A stretch of 64,000 nt of DNA from contig NC_042999.1 in NCBI RefSeq assembly GCF_006345805.1, positions 129,146,001-129,210,000 of the forward strand, in the 5' to 3' direction. The notes beneath the pieces are model-generated. The model did no database searches. It saw only the letters and a list, made by a program, of their open reading frames with translations, and was not told the DNA's origin. The translations under genes were made by a program, and so were the position numbers. Source of the DNA: Octopus sinensis (lineage: Eukaryota). Shown one piece after another: positions 52,595-64,000 of the stretch; the stretch's first letter is position 1; every line of letters begins with the position of its first letter.

Positions 52595-53930
52595 CATAAG
52601 TGCCAGTAAGGCGATGTGGGTAATGAAACTCGTTGCTGGATGGAGTGAGGGGGACGAAGTGCAGATTCCTAATGAGGAGGGAGCACTCCACCTCAGAGAG
52701 GGGTAGATCTGGAGGAATGGTAACAACAGACCGAAGTGGAGAAGGGGTGGATGGGACAGAAGTAGGAGGTGTGGTGGGGTGGTGGAAGGCTGGGTGGGAG
52801 GGGATGAGGTGTATGTGGATGGGGGTTGTGAGGGTTGGGGTTTGGTGAAGATGGGGGAAGCATATCAGGGAGGGAGAGCAGTAGGGGAGGAGTCGGGGTA
52901 GTTGGATCAGGTGTGATGGAATGTTGGAGTGAGTGGAGTTTACTTTGTTTGGTGTGAGTGAGAAATTGATGAAAGAGATAATTTAAATGAATTATGTAAT
53001 GTAAAGTAGTGTTAGCATGGGGGGGGGGCAACTGAGAGAAGATGGAAAAAGCAAGAGGGAGAAGGTGGTCGATGGTGTGTATTTTGGAGGGATTGGAATG
53101 AATGGTGGCATGCATAAGGCAGTAGGCTGTAGTACAGAGTATGGGTAGGATGGTTGAAGCAGAGTAGAGAGTGGGGCGGAAATGGAGGCAGAAACCTTTA
53201 GGGATGAGGCAGTGATGAAGGCAGCGACTGAGAAAAGAAAGGTGGCTAGAGAAGCATGTTTTTTGGAAAATTAGTAGAGAAAGGTCAATAGAAGGTTGAA
53301 AGTAGCTGAAAGGAAATGTGGAAAGGTGTTTTTTCAGGCAGTGGTGAAGGTGGAAGAGGAAAGGTTTGTATTCGGACATGACTGAAAAATGAGAAAGAGA
53401 GAGGAAGGAGAAATATGGAAAAACAAGGGGGAGAGAGAAAGGCAAATAAAATTCAAAAGGTGAGGGGAGAAAAAATGCAAAAGGCTTGAGAAGAAAAAGT
53501 GCAAATGGCATGAGGAGAGAAAAAAATAGAAGAGGTGGGAGAAGTAAAAATAGAAACAAGGGGAGAAAGAAGGAGGAAGAAGGAAGAAACAAAGAGAAAG
53601 GGGAAGACAAAAGAAGAGAAGACAAAAGGGAAAAGGGGAGGGAGAGAGAGGCAAGGTAACAAGTGTTGATTGAGAGAAATGACAAATAGAAAAAAGCAGA
53701 AAGTACAAACAAGTTTAGAAAAGTTCAAAAGGTTCAAACATTGCAGTGTATTGGAGCGATTGCTCATCAAAGGAAGAGTCCAGTGTAATCCATGGGTAGG
53801 AGAGGTGCAGCCGAAGTGTACAGTGTACGAGTACGAGTGTAGGAGAATAGAAGAAAGTCCAGGTAGAGAATCCAGGTAGAATAATCCAAGAAAATTTCAA
53901 AATGTTATGAGGTGGAGACTGGATAAAACT
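52595..53930 (-). mobile_element. Penelope-like element, 5' region and N-terminal ORF part (no RT left)
   Basis: FSSHLSFLSRCLHHCLIPKGFCL and, after a frameshift, VTIPPDLPLSEVECSLLIRNLHFVPLTPSSNEF resemble the PLE pre-RT motifs H..FL..C.....IPKG and VVTIP..L.L...E..VL.KGL.FVP. Confidence 0.72.
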
Positions 53931-53949
53931 GGTGCGACCACGTGAGCGT

Positions 53950-54445
53950 GTAATATATAGTGAGGGGACAGCCACGTTTGAGAAATCTCGAGTTGCACAT
54001 GAGAAAGTAAGGAGGGATGTCAGGAAGGGCATCGCTGTTACACTTCCAGAAGGGAAGGGTCTTCCTTTGATTCTGACATGCAATGTCTGTGCAAGACCCT
54101 ACCTCAGTAAAGCTGGACTCATGAATCATCTTCGTAGTCATAAAACGAGACAGATGAGTGACAACCTGGCCACTGGTGGTGGTGTAACACACCATATTAA
54201 TCCTATCTGTCGGGCATGTGGAAGAGAGTGTAATTCGGCAGGAGGACTTAAATGACATGCAAAGGTACATGAAGCCCAGTTACAACTACAGCCGGCTATT
54301 TTCAGTAAAGGTTTTAGTTGCCAATTTTGTACAAGACATTGTAGATCTTTAGCAGGGCTAAAAGTCACATTCGATCACAGCACCAGTAACAGTTAAGCTT
54401 CGTGCAATGGCCATACTCGATAACGAGGGGGCAGCCATAACATAC
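53950..54445 (+). mobile_element. 5'-truncated non-LTR retrotransposon (RTE/BovB-like) 3' end encoding three C2H2 fingers
   Basis: [74 protein letters not shown](frameshift)SHIRSQH*, then a short 3' UTR GGCCATACTCGATAACGAGGGGGCAGCC running into a microsatellite. Confidence 0.72.
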
Positions 54446-54458
54446 ATATATGTATGTA

Positions 54459-54506
<48 letters not shown>

Positions 54507-54636
54507 CATATATATAAATATATATGTATGTATATATATATATATAAATATATATGTATGCATATATATAAATATATATGTATGTATATATATATATATA
54601 TAAAATATATTGTATGCATATATATAAATATATATG

Positions 54637-54674
<38 letters not shown>

Positions 54675-54879
54675 TTAATATAAATATATATGTATGTATA
54701 TATATGCATATATATAAATATAATGTATGTATATATATATATATATATATATATGCATTATATAAATATATATGATGTATGTATATATATGCATATATAT
54801 AAATATATATGTATGTATATATATGCATATATATAAATATGCATATATATAAATATATATGTATGTATATATTAATATT

Positions 54880-54927
<48 letters not shown>

Positions 54928-55058
54928 ATATAATATATATATATTATATATATATATATATAAATGCACATATATATAATATATATGTATGTATATATAT
55001 ATATATATATGCATATATATAAATATATATATGCATATATAGTAAATATATATGTATG

Positions 55059-55089
<31 letters not shown>

Positions 55090-55364
55090 ATATCATTATA
55101 TAAATATATAATGTATGTATATATATATATATATGCATATATATAATATAAATGGTATGTATGTATTATATATATATGCAATATAGAAATATATATGTAT
55201 GTATATATATATGCATATATATAAATTATATGTATGTTATATATATAATATATATATGCATATTATAAATATATATGATGTATTATATCTATATATATAT
55301 ATATATATATAGTTATAATATATATGCATATATATAAATATATATATTATATATATATATATGC

Positions 55365-55399
<35 letters not shown>

Positions 55400-55416
55400 G
55401 CATATATATAAATATA

Positions 55417-55455
<39 letters not shown>

Positions 55456-55560
55456 TAAGCTGTATGTATATATGTATTTACACACACACACACAACACAT
55501 ATATACATATAATATATATATATATATAATATATATATAACACACACACACACACACTCA
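54446..55560. repeat. ~1.1-kb compound TA/TATG/CATA microsatellite
   Basis: Directly visible, with recurring higher-order unit TATATATGCATATATATAAATATATATGTATG. Confidence 0.97.
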
Positions 55561-56315
55561 CTATCCCCTCTACATTATATTATCCACTGCAGCTCTCTCC
55601 ACAACCAACCCTGATACCACTTTTCTCTCTTGCAACCTAGAACCATCTCACTTGTTAGTCATTCTTCATCCATTAATACTGTACTCCACACCCAGATCTT
55701 ACAGCCACCATCACCCATTTCTCAGACCACAAAGTTGTCTCTCCTAGTGCATTAAACCCATTTTTCTTTTTTTCTCCTTCTCCATCCCTTCAGCCTACCC
55801 AAAAGCATCATTTCTTATCTCTCTGTGATCAACAGTTTCATTACTACTCAAAACCTACCCAAACACATCATCTCTCTCCTGCACCTTTCACCATCAATGA
55901 CATCATTACTACTCTACTGCCAGTATCCCTGTACCCATCCTCCCAACTCATGCATCCCCTTGCTCTCAACCTTTTCTCAATCTTTACAGACGTTTTCGAC
56001 CTCCCCCTCCAGTTTGCTCTTCTACGAAAATATCCTCTACTCTAATCTATTCCTTCTTAACTTAACCTTCCCCCATGTAACATATGGAAGCAACATCTTC
56101 CCTCCCTCCCTGGGTTTATCGACTTGCAAGCTATGTGGTGGCCTCAATAGTGCCATTACATCCACTCCTCACTGTAAAGTTGTTGGCATTAGAATGGACA
56201 TCCAACCATAGAAACCCATGCCAAAGCAGATACTGGAGCACAATGCAATTGTTCAACTCATCAGGTCCTTGTCAAAGTAGCCAACCCATACACGCAGGGA
56301 ATATAGATGATGATG
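55561..56315 (+). mobile_element. Pyrimidine-rich retroelement remnant ending in an RTE/SINE tail
   Basis: C/T-rich body like 206-800; tail CTGTAAAGTTGTTGGCATTAGAATGGACATCCAACC..GATGATGATG. Confidence 0.5.
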
Positions 56316-56534
56316 ATATATACACAGATATATATATATATACATACACATAAATATATATACATACATTCACATACATATATGCATATATATACATACA
56401 TATTCACATATATACATATACATGCAAATACGTACACATCCATATACACATACATATATATATATGCACATATATACACATACACATACACTGATATATA
56501 AACATAGACAAATACACACACACACATATATATA

Positions 56535-57819
56535 CTGGGTCTGCAAGAAAGTAATTTCAGGTTTTTAGTGTGAAATAAAAGTCCTTCTTTTTCACACAAG
56601 GAATGAACTTTATTCAATTATATATTTTCCATTTTGTTCAATGACCTTTAGCCATCTTTTTGGCAACTTCATGATTCCATGCTCATAGAGCTTCTGGTCC
56701 TTATCTGCCAAAAACTGAAGCAAGTGTAATTTCAGGTCACCATTACTAATGAAAGTCTTACCATTTAAAGAATTTTGCAAACTTTGAAATAAATGGTAAT
56801 CTGATGGTGCAAGGTCTGGGCTATATGGTGAATATGACATCACTTCCTAACCAAGCACCAGTAAGTTTACCTGAGTTAGCAAAGATGTGTGTGGTTTAGC
56901 ATTGTCATAATGGAACACAATTCCTTTATGATTTGCCAATTCTGGACATTTTTCTTTGATTGCTTCCTCCAGTTTCATTAGTTGTTGACAGTAAACATCT
57001 GAATTGATCATTTGGTTCCTTGGAAACAGCTCAAAATACACAATACTTTTGTATTCTCACCAAATTAACAGCATTACCCTTTTTTGATGCAATTCAGATT
57101 TCAATGTGGTTTGTGCTGGTTCATTACGCTTAGACCATGATTGTTTCCAATTGGTGTTATTGTAGATAATCCATTTTTCATCACCAGTGATGATTCATTT
57201 CAAAAGAAGATTGATTTCATTGCATCTGAGATGCATATCGCAAATATTGATTCGTTGTGTTAAGTGAATCTTTTTCAAGTTATGTGGAACCCAAATATCA
57301 AGCTTCTTAATGAGTCCAAGACATTTTAAGTGATTTTCAATTGTTGTGTGTGATACATTTAACCTCTCTGTAATCTCTTACACAGTTATGACAATCAGAT
57401 TCAATTACGGCTTTGATTCAGTCATCATCATCTTCAGTAGGCGTCAGCCTACTAGTCATCTTTGAGTGGAAAATCTCCAGAACAGAAGTTTTTAAACCAT
57501 TTCTGACATGCACATTCTGTTAAGCAATCAACATCATAAACTTCACATATTTCTTTGGGAGCCTCAGCATCTTTCTTGCCTTTACAGAAATAAAAAAGCA
57601 AAATATGTCAAAAATGTTTGTTTTTGCACTCCATCTTAAAATTGACATTGAACTAACATCTGTAAACAAAATTACTTGCAATTTGCTTCTAAAGTAAGCT
57701 AAAAGTAACAGCTATCAAATGTCAGAAGGAAAAAAAAACCAATAACATAGACAAAAGTCATTCAAAAAAATTGTAACTATCTGTTTGTGAAAAACGAAAT
57801 TACTTTGTTTCCAGCCCAA
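56535..57819 (-). mobile_element. Full-length (~1.29 kb) inactive mariner transposon
   Basis: TIRs CTGGGTCTGCAAGAAAGTAATTTC / TTGGGCTGGAAACAAAGTAATTTC flanked by TA. Transposase from ATG at 57634: HILLFYFCKGK..QKWFKNFCSGDF..; HYDNAKPH; YSPDLAPSDYHLF (D34D type). Multiple stops. Confidence 0.95.
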
Positions 57820-57989
57820 TAGATACACACACACATACATAATACAAAGATAAGTATATACACCCAAATATGAATGCTGATTTATGATGCACATGAACTG
57901 GCTGTGTCAAATTATATGATATGTCTGTTATAAGTCACCATTTTTCTCTTAAATCCAAATTATTGTTCTAATGTAAGAAAGATACTCAC

Positions 57990-58195
57990 ATAAAACATCA
58001 ATATAGCAGATAGTTGGCTCATTCAGAGAATGAATTAGCATTTACTTTCATGATCTCTGACAAGAGCAAGCCAGCATGACACAGCACATTCCTATGGGGA
58101 ATCCTTGAAATGTATTGCAGATCTCAGGGTACTTTTATAATAATTCAATATGTGTTTATAAATCTTTGTCTTTCATTTTCATAAAGTTGAATTTC
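57990..58195 (-). other. Candidate non-coding or alternative 5' exon
   Basis: Strong acceptor CTTTTGTTTTCCTTAG and donor GTGAGT. All frames are stopped, but ATG..MLIHSLNEPTICYIDVL ends in phase 1 and is compatible with exon 46746-46814. Confidence 0.25.
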
Positions 58196-58319
58196 CTAAG
58201 GAAAACAAAAGATTTTCCTGATAAAGTGGCTTGAACAAAAAATAACTGAAATCAAATTGCTTGTTCAAGAGACTTCATAAGGGTAAAAATATCAAATATA
58301 TCTGTATTCAGAAGGTTGC

Positions 58320-58650
58320 TTCTGAATGGTTCCAGGTTCAGTAGTAACTTGGGCAAGTGTGTTCTACTACAGCCTTATGAGTGGATTTGGTAGAGGGAAA
58401 CTGAAAGAAACCCATCATATGTGTGTGTGTGTGTGTGTGTTGTGTGTGTGTGTGTGTGTGTGTGTGTGTCACCACCACTTGACAACTGGTGTTGGTGTGT
58501 TTACATCCTCATAACTTGAGCAGTTCAGAAAAAGAGACCAATAGAATAAGTACTAGGCTTTAAAAAAAACCCTGGGGCCAATATGTTTGACTAAAACCCT
58601 TCAAGACAAGGCTACAGTCAAGTGACTGAAACAGGTAAAAGAATAAAAGA
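58320..58650 (+). mobile_element. tRNA-derived SINE, type A
   Basis: GGTTCCAGGTTCAG..TTGGGCAAGTGTGTTCTAC..GAGTGGATTTGG..GACTGAAACAGGTAAAAGA. Confidence 0.8.
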
Positions 58651-58789
58651 TCCTATACAATATATATAAACAGAATGGAAATAGATAATAACTACTTGAA
58701 ATAACTTAATCCTTTATTGACAATGTTGAAAAGGTATAAGTCAATGCAATGTCATAAGGGTGAAAGCACTACTATTTTTCAAACCAATT

Positions 58790-60460
58790 TAGATAAGGAA
58801 ATTTGCTTCTCCATTGAGAAACCTGTGCTTGTCTTTTCATATCAAACTTGAAAAACACACAGATTTCACCATTAACAGAAGGGAGCCAATTCTTGTATTT
58901 GTTTTTAATATGTGTTAAGAAAAAGCTTGCTTATACATGTACAAAGTTGAAAACTGCAGCAATATTTTTATTGCTTTCTTATAAATGGCAGGATACACTT
59001 CACAGAAATCCAAAACTTGTTAAAATCAAGTTCTCAGATGCGCACAGTTCCTTCAAATGGGTTTTGATAAAATTAGAAATTTGCTATCATTCTTTACTCT
59101 TAAGCCCCAGTTGAAACATTTCAAAATTTCTTTTTGTATCAAAACGATTCAGACTTCTAACTCCAAAACTCTTATTATGTGAAATTAATATTTTCTCCAA
59201 GGTCTTGCCTTGATTTGTTTCGCTAATTCATGCAATGAAAAGTGCTCCACCAAGTAGATTAATTTCAGCAACCATTTTTCATCTTCAAAGCACTTAGTAA
59301 ATTCTAGTTTATTGTTTCTTCTCTTAGTTCAAGCACCCTATTTAGGACTCTTCCTCTCTCCAACCACTAGATTTCTGTAAAGTAGCAAGTTTTCACAGTT
59401 TTTTAACTCTTTAGCATTTAAACCAGCCATATCCAGCCCAAATATTCTACCTGTTTTACACTGAAGCTGGCCAGATCCAACTATTCACACTTACCCTATA
59501 GTGTAAGCCTAAAAAAAAACAATCAAATCTTCAAAATCTTGAAGCTACAAAATTATAGATGATTAATTTTAGAATATGTGGATAAATAATTACTACATTT
59601 GATAAATCACTCTGAATGCTTAAACATTCTGGAGTGAACTAGACTTTAATAAAGTTGATTATATTTATAGCAGCATCAAAAACAGTTTTCAATTCACCTC
59701 CAAAAGGTTTTGAAAACAGTATCTCTCTGTGAAGAATACAAAGAGTTGAGAAAATATTTGCATTTTATTATTTTTCAAGAGAAAGAAAACCTCTTATGAG
59801 ATACATCAGAACAGATACCAATACAGTTCTTCCAGGTTCTTGTTTCCAGAGATAATGACAAAATATGAACTAAATTACTTTGCTTATCTCAAACAATTAA
59901 TCATCTTGCAACAAACAGGAAGTTTTCTTAAATTTCATTCACATTGACAGATCTTACAAAAACTACAATGTGATATTGATAAGATCTGATGACTCATCAT
60001 CCTAAATAGAAAAACTATGTTTCAGCTAATTATATAAAACCTCTTCAGCAACATGTGACATGTCATCAATACATTAAATTATTGTATTGTTTGAAAGTAA
60101 AACATTCTCAATTTCTTGCATTGCATCTTGTCCCAGCATTTAACCCACATGCTGTGTAACTTCTTTTTCGGGGTAATAATTTCTGCAACCAAATAAATAA
60201 AACTGAACTCTTGGGCCACTGTCACTGATTTGAATCCAAAAGGTTGTTCTATGTTTATTTTGAGATTCTAATAGCTTTTTAAAATAAACAGTACTTTCGG
60301 TTTTTTGGGGGTTTTTTTCATATGATTGAGATTTGTTGTGAAGTGCAGTTTCAATTTTACTGGGGCCATTGATATATTTCGAAGTTATGCCACAGACTAG
60401 GCACAACGGAACAGGACAACTTGGATCATCTCAAGTCATGTAAAGTCGAATGACAAGTGC
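58790..60460 (-). mobile_element. Decayed hAT (Buster/ZBED5/FAM200-like) transposase
   Basis: N-terminal DDPSCPVPLCLVCG..YFKKLLESQNK, middle FEDEKWLLKLIYL, and hAT dimerisation region VYPAIYKKAIKILLQFSTLYMYKQAFS..IKNKYKN. Confidence 0.85.
59403..59630. mobile_element. piggyBac-type MITE nested in the hAT relic
   Basis: TTAACTCTTTAGCATTTAAACCAGCCATATCC.., homologous to 61393-61613. Confidence 0.78.
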
Positions 60461-60483
60461 CAAGTAGTGTATGTGTGTGTGTG

Positions 60484-60533
<50 letters not shown>

Positions 60534-61392
60534 CAGTGGTGCAGAAAAGTTTATCAAAAGATTGCAATTTTTCAACACAACACCATCAGAATTTTCTGGG
60601 AACTTAATCTTTCAAAATTGCCAAGTTGGGTCATTAGATATTTCTTTAACAGAACACACATACACTCACACACAATCTTTCCATACAACAACAAAATTAT
60701 ACACCCTCAGAAATAAAACAGATACTGTAGATATAAAAAGATGCCATATCTTGCATGTAGTGACTCTATTTGTGTTTCAAATGAATATCATTAACTTTTG
60801 TAAATTAAATGTAATGGAGAATGAGTTTCTATTTTTTTTCCAAGCCATTTACTTCTATCATGCATTAGTGATCTTTTTGGTTATCAAGTATTTTCCTCTT
60901 TTTTCCATTCATTCTGTAGTGAATAACACTATAAATAAAATAAGTATTCAAAAGGTTTTAGGCCTAAATTTAAGTGTGAAGGATTTGATTATCAGGATGA
61001 AAATAAATAAAATCTGTTTAGACATATAATGCTTTAGTTAAATAGATAATAATCCTGATTACACCATTTTTTTTCATATATTGATTTAAAAGCTTTTAAT
61101 TTGACAAGGCCATAAAATTATTGCTGATAAATTATCCTGTTGAAGGCTTTATCTCTATTATAAAAAGTCAAGTACACTTAGTTGGTGCTAAGCTGATGCC
61201 AACAGTAACAAAACCCCTGACATTGCCCATGCAAAATGTATGTATATTTTCAAAAGCTTGTATACATGTCTCAGACATATCCCTATTATATGCTTTGTTG
61301 GTGAATATCTAATACAATCAAAAACACTTCACTTAATATAAAATAGTTATAATTAAACTTCCAAAAATTTCAATAGCTAAGACCATGTTTAA

Positions 61393-61613
61393 CCCTTTAA
61401 TATTTAAACCGGCCATATCCGGCCAAAAGTATCCTGCCTGTTTTATGTTCAAACTGGCCAGATCTGGCCTCTCACACCAACCCTACAATATCTTTTAAAA
61501 AATTAACAGCTACCTCATCAAAATCTCAAAGCTCCATGATAATGCCTGATTAGTTCAAAACAATGAGGACGAAAAAGCTTTAATTATGGCAGAATAATGT
61601 GAACACTAAAGGG
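61393..61613. mobile_element. piggyBac-type MITE
   Basis: TTAA|CCCTTTA...TAAAGGG|TTAA: TTAA TSD and CCCTT/AAGGG termini. Confidence 0.88.
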
Positions 61614-61761
61614 TTAAATGATAAACTATGAGGTGCTAAAAGGAATAGTTTTATATAACAACTTTAAAACTACTGTTTGTTGGAACATCTGATATTCAGA
61701 CACCTAGGATAATCACCTACAACCTATGCATATGTATATACTTTAAAATTGATACTATTAC

Positions 61762-61812
61762 TCCACTTAGAGCTTCTTTGTTTTGCACATGAACCTATGT
61801 CTATGATTCCAT
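61762..61812 (-). CDS. Putative internal exon (D)GIIDIGSCAKQRSSKW
   Basis: Acceptor CTTTTTTGTCTTTAG, donor GTAATA, 51 nt, phase 1 to 1; only this frame is open. Confidence 0.35.
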
Positions 61813-62139
61813 CTAAAGACAAAAAAGTTATTACTGGAATCAATTATATCTATTTCAGTATAGTAAGTAATCACCATCAGTCTTTACTCTTTACTTTTGA
61901 CCAGTAGAATAAGGCAATTCTAATAAAGTACATAGTTTACTAAAGAAAAAAATTTACACAACAACCTTGAAACAGAAAAGTATGAGAAAACTGATAGATT
62001 ATATAAGTGATTGGAAAATAGGAAAGTTGTCAAACATCTGTAAAAATTAAACAATTAAATAAATTAATTATTCTAGATGCTCCAATCTGGAATAAATGAT
62101 GAAAACTTTTAGGGTCACATCCAAGCTTATAAGATATAT

Positions 62140-62820
62140 AGCTTCATCATCATTATTGTTGACATTATCATTATTATTTAACATCTATTTTCCACGGGCA
62201 ACTTCACAGGAGCTGGCAAGGCCAGGGGTCACACCAGGTTCCATAGTCTATTTCAGTACGGCTTCTATGAACCATTTTACAGAGTGTATGAGTGCTCTTT
62301 ACATGGTACCATCACCAGTGCTTTTTATGTGGTACCATCAACAGTGCTTTTTACATGGTACCTTGGTTTTAGGATATCAATTCTGTTGTGGTGGGTGGGT
62401 CTTCTTGCGTTCAGGAATGCATTATATATCTCAGTCCTTTGTCATCTCCTTTGTAAGGCTCAGGGCTAAGAGATCAGCCTTCAATACTTTATCCCATGTC
62501 TTCCTAAGTCTTTCTCTTCCATGATTTCCCTCCACCTTAAATGATCAGCACTTTATACAACTGTCCATATTCATCTGCATCACATGATCAAACCAGCACA
62601 TTGCAACTCATCCCTCTTATGATTAACTTTTTCTCAATACACTACTGCTCTGCTGCACATATACACTTACAATGTACATCCAGTGGAGCATACTAGCTTT
62701 ATTCCTCTCTAGTCTTCACATGACCACTACATTCAAGGCCCACATCTCACTACCATATAACATTGTAGTTTGCACACATACATCAATCTTCCTTTCACTC
62801 TGAGGGAGAGAGATCGTTGC
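62140..62820 (-). mobile_element. RTE LINE 3' end (ORF C-terminus and tail)
   Basis: CVQTTMLYGSEMWAL..RLERNKASMLHWM..GRERLRKTWDKVLKADLLALSLTKEMTKD; 26-bp module x3 at 62290-62360. Confidence 0.88.
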
Positions 62821-63298
62821 TTATTGAAAAAGACCTTGAACTCAACTGAGAACCATTTCATATTCTTATGAATTAAAATCTAACAAAATGTTCATTAACT
62901 TTATAAGACCTTAATTCTCTAAGCCTTAATTTCTATACCAGTCCTCAATATACTAAAAATAAACATGTAACAAAAAATTATCGATGAGAATTCAGAAACT
63001 TGTTCAACACTCAGGTAAATCTAAAATATAATTAATCTATTGATACTTGGGATACATACAATTCTAACAAATTAAATGTACATTTGTTTGTAATTTAATG
63101 ATAAATCTGAAGATAAGATTCTTTCACATCAACAAGCATTCAGTTGTATGGTGTATATGCAAAAGTAAATAAATAAATTCAATTATTGTAACTAATAATT
63201 AGCAAAATTACTATATGAAGAGAGAATTTAGGCAGAGAAAATTGTGTTGTTTCTTCAATATTTATACATAACTGAGTATTAAGAGAAATTGTTCTTAC

Positions 63299-63549
63299 CT
63301 TTAGGCATTTTAAGATTTGAAGACTAACTATGACCAGCTCTGCTCAAGTCTATCTCCCACAAAAAGGTAGTCAAATGCATTGAAAAAATTGCTAGATTTA
63401 GTTCTTGGACAATGCACCTGCCATCATGTAATGAGAAGTTGGCCAAAGATTTTGGTCAAGTTTATGGGCAAAATGAACTCTGTATGAAGCTATCTCAATT
63501 GCTTGTGTTAATAAAGATGGTTAGCAACCTGGCACACAGTTTGTACCAA
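63299..63549 (-). other. Candidate 5' exon carrying a possible start (ATG CCT AAA G at 63308-63299)
   Basis: Donor AG|GTAAGA, acceptor TTGTTTCAG. Upstream frames contain stops, so it can only be UTR plus start. Confidence 0.3.
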
Positions 63550-63699
63550 CTGAAACAATTGGATATCTTTTTAAACATTTATGTGATTAAATAGAAGAGG
63601 AAGTGACTTATTAGGATGTTTTATGTGTTTAAATGTTTATAAATAAATTCAAGCTAACTTTTTATATCCTTTTATACATTGGAGATACAGACTTTCACA

Positions 63700-63930
63700 A
63701 AGTGGGGATAGACACAACTGTCTTCACATGATATACTTCAAATTACTCCACCAAACACAAACCCTAACAATCTCAAAGACTTCCTACGACTTCTGTGAAC
63801 TCTCAACAACTCCTACAACTTATCCCATCTCAACCAATAGATTACTCTTCATAAGAGTTCAACTAGTCCATCCTTCCAATCCCACAGAGGTGTCAATGAC
63901 TCTCACCACAACAAAACAACAGAACTAATT
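63700..63930 (+). mobile_element. Decayed non-LTR RT N-terminal fragment
   Basis: NPNNLKDFLRLL*TLNNSYNLSHLNQ*IT..FQSHRG resembles P....DYRPISLLN..YKIL.K.L..R......Q.G. Confidence 0.4.
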
Positions 63931-64000
63931 GTATTTGTATGTGTTAGAGTAAATGAGAGAGGGGAGGAGAGAGAGAGAGTGTGTGTGTGTGTGGTGTGTG

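Noticed and set aside
52693-53712. Longest ORF (339 aa) as a host membrane protein
   Set aside because: The N-terminal half is low-complexity CT-rich sequence, and the rest is the Penelope-like pre-RT region.
54365-55557. Many Ile/Tyr-rich ORFs (also at 2.4-2.8 kb, 32.7-33.4 kb and 56.3 kb)
   Set aside because: These are translations of TA/CA microsatellites.
61130-61310. Stretch open in several frames behind a minus-strand TAG acceptor (IFTNKAYNRDMSETC..)
   Set aside because: There is no credible donor, and its phase does not fit the model.

Overview
AT-rich, intron-like metazoan DNA. The microsatellite load and the SINE/RTE repertoire look like a coleoid cephalopod, most like Octopus (inference from repeat content, not a database hit). 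No intact long ORF is present, and most ORF-track entries are translated microsatellites or decayed transposons. Recognisable content: several RTE-clade LINE remnants (best preserved RT at 35.2-36.3 kb), a Penelope-like N-terminal region, a LINE 3' end encoding three C2H2 fingers, a full-length but dead mariner, two hAT transposase relics, hAT and piggyBac-type MITEs (several with identifiable TSDs), a tandem Helitron-like duplication, and roughly 25 SINE/LINE-tail copies. A chain of small phase-compatible exons on the minus strand (63.3, 61.8, 46.8, 45.1, 44.1, 21.0, 10.7 kb) can be joined into a ~136-aa ORF that I do not recognise, with several candidate alternative last exons. This gene model is a hand prediction and is tentative. 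I found no convincing wholly new biological system. The best leads are the orphan gene with switchable C-termini, a 62-bp-arm fold-back hairpin, and the triple-zinc-finger LINE end.
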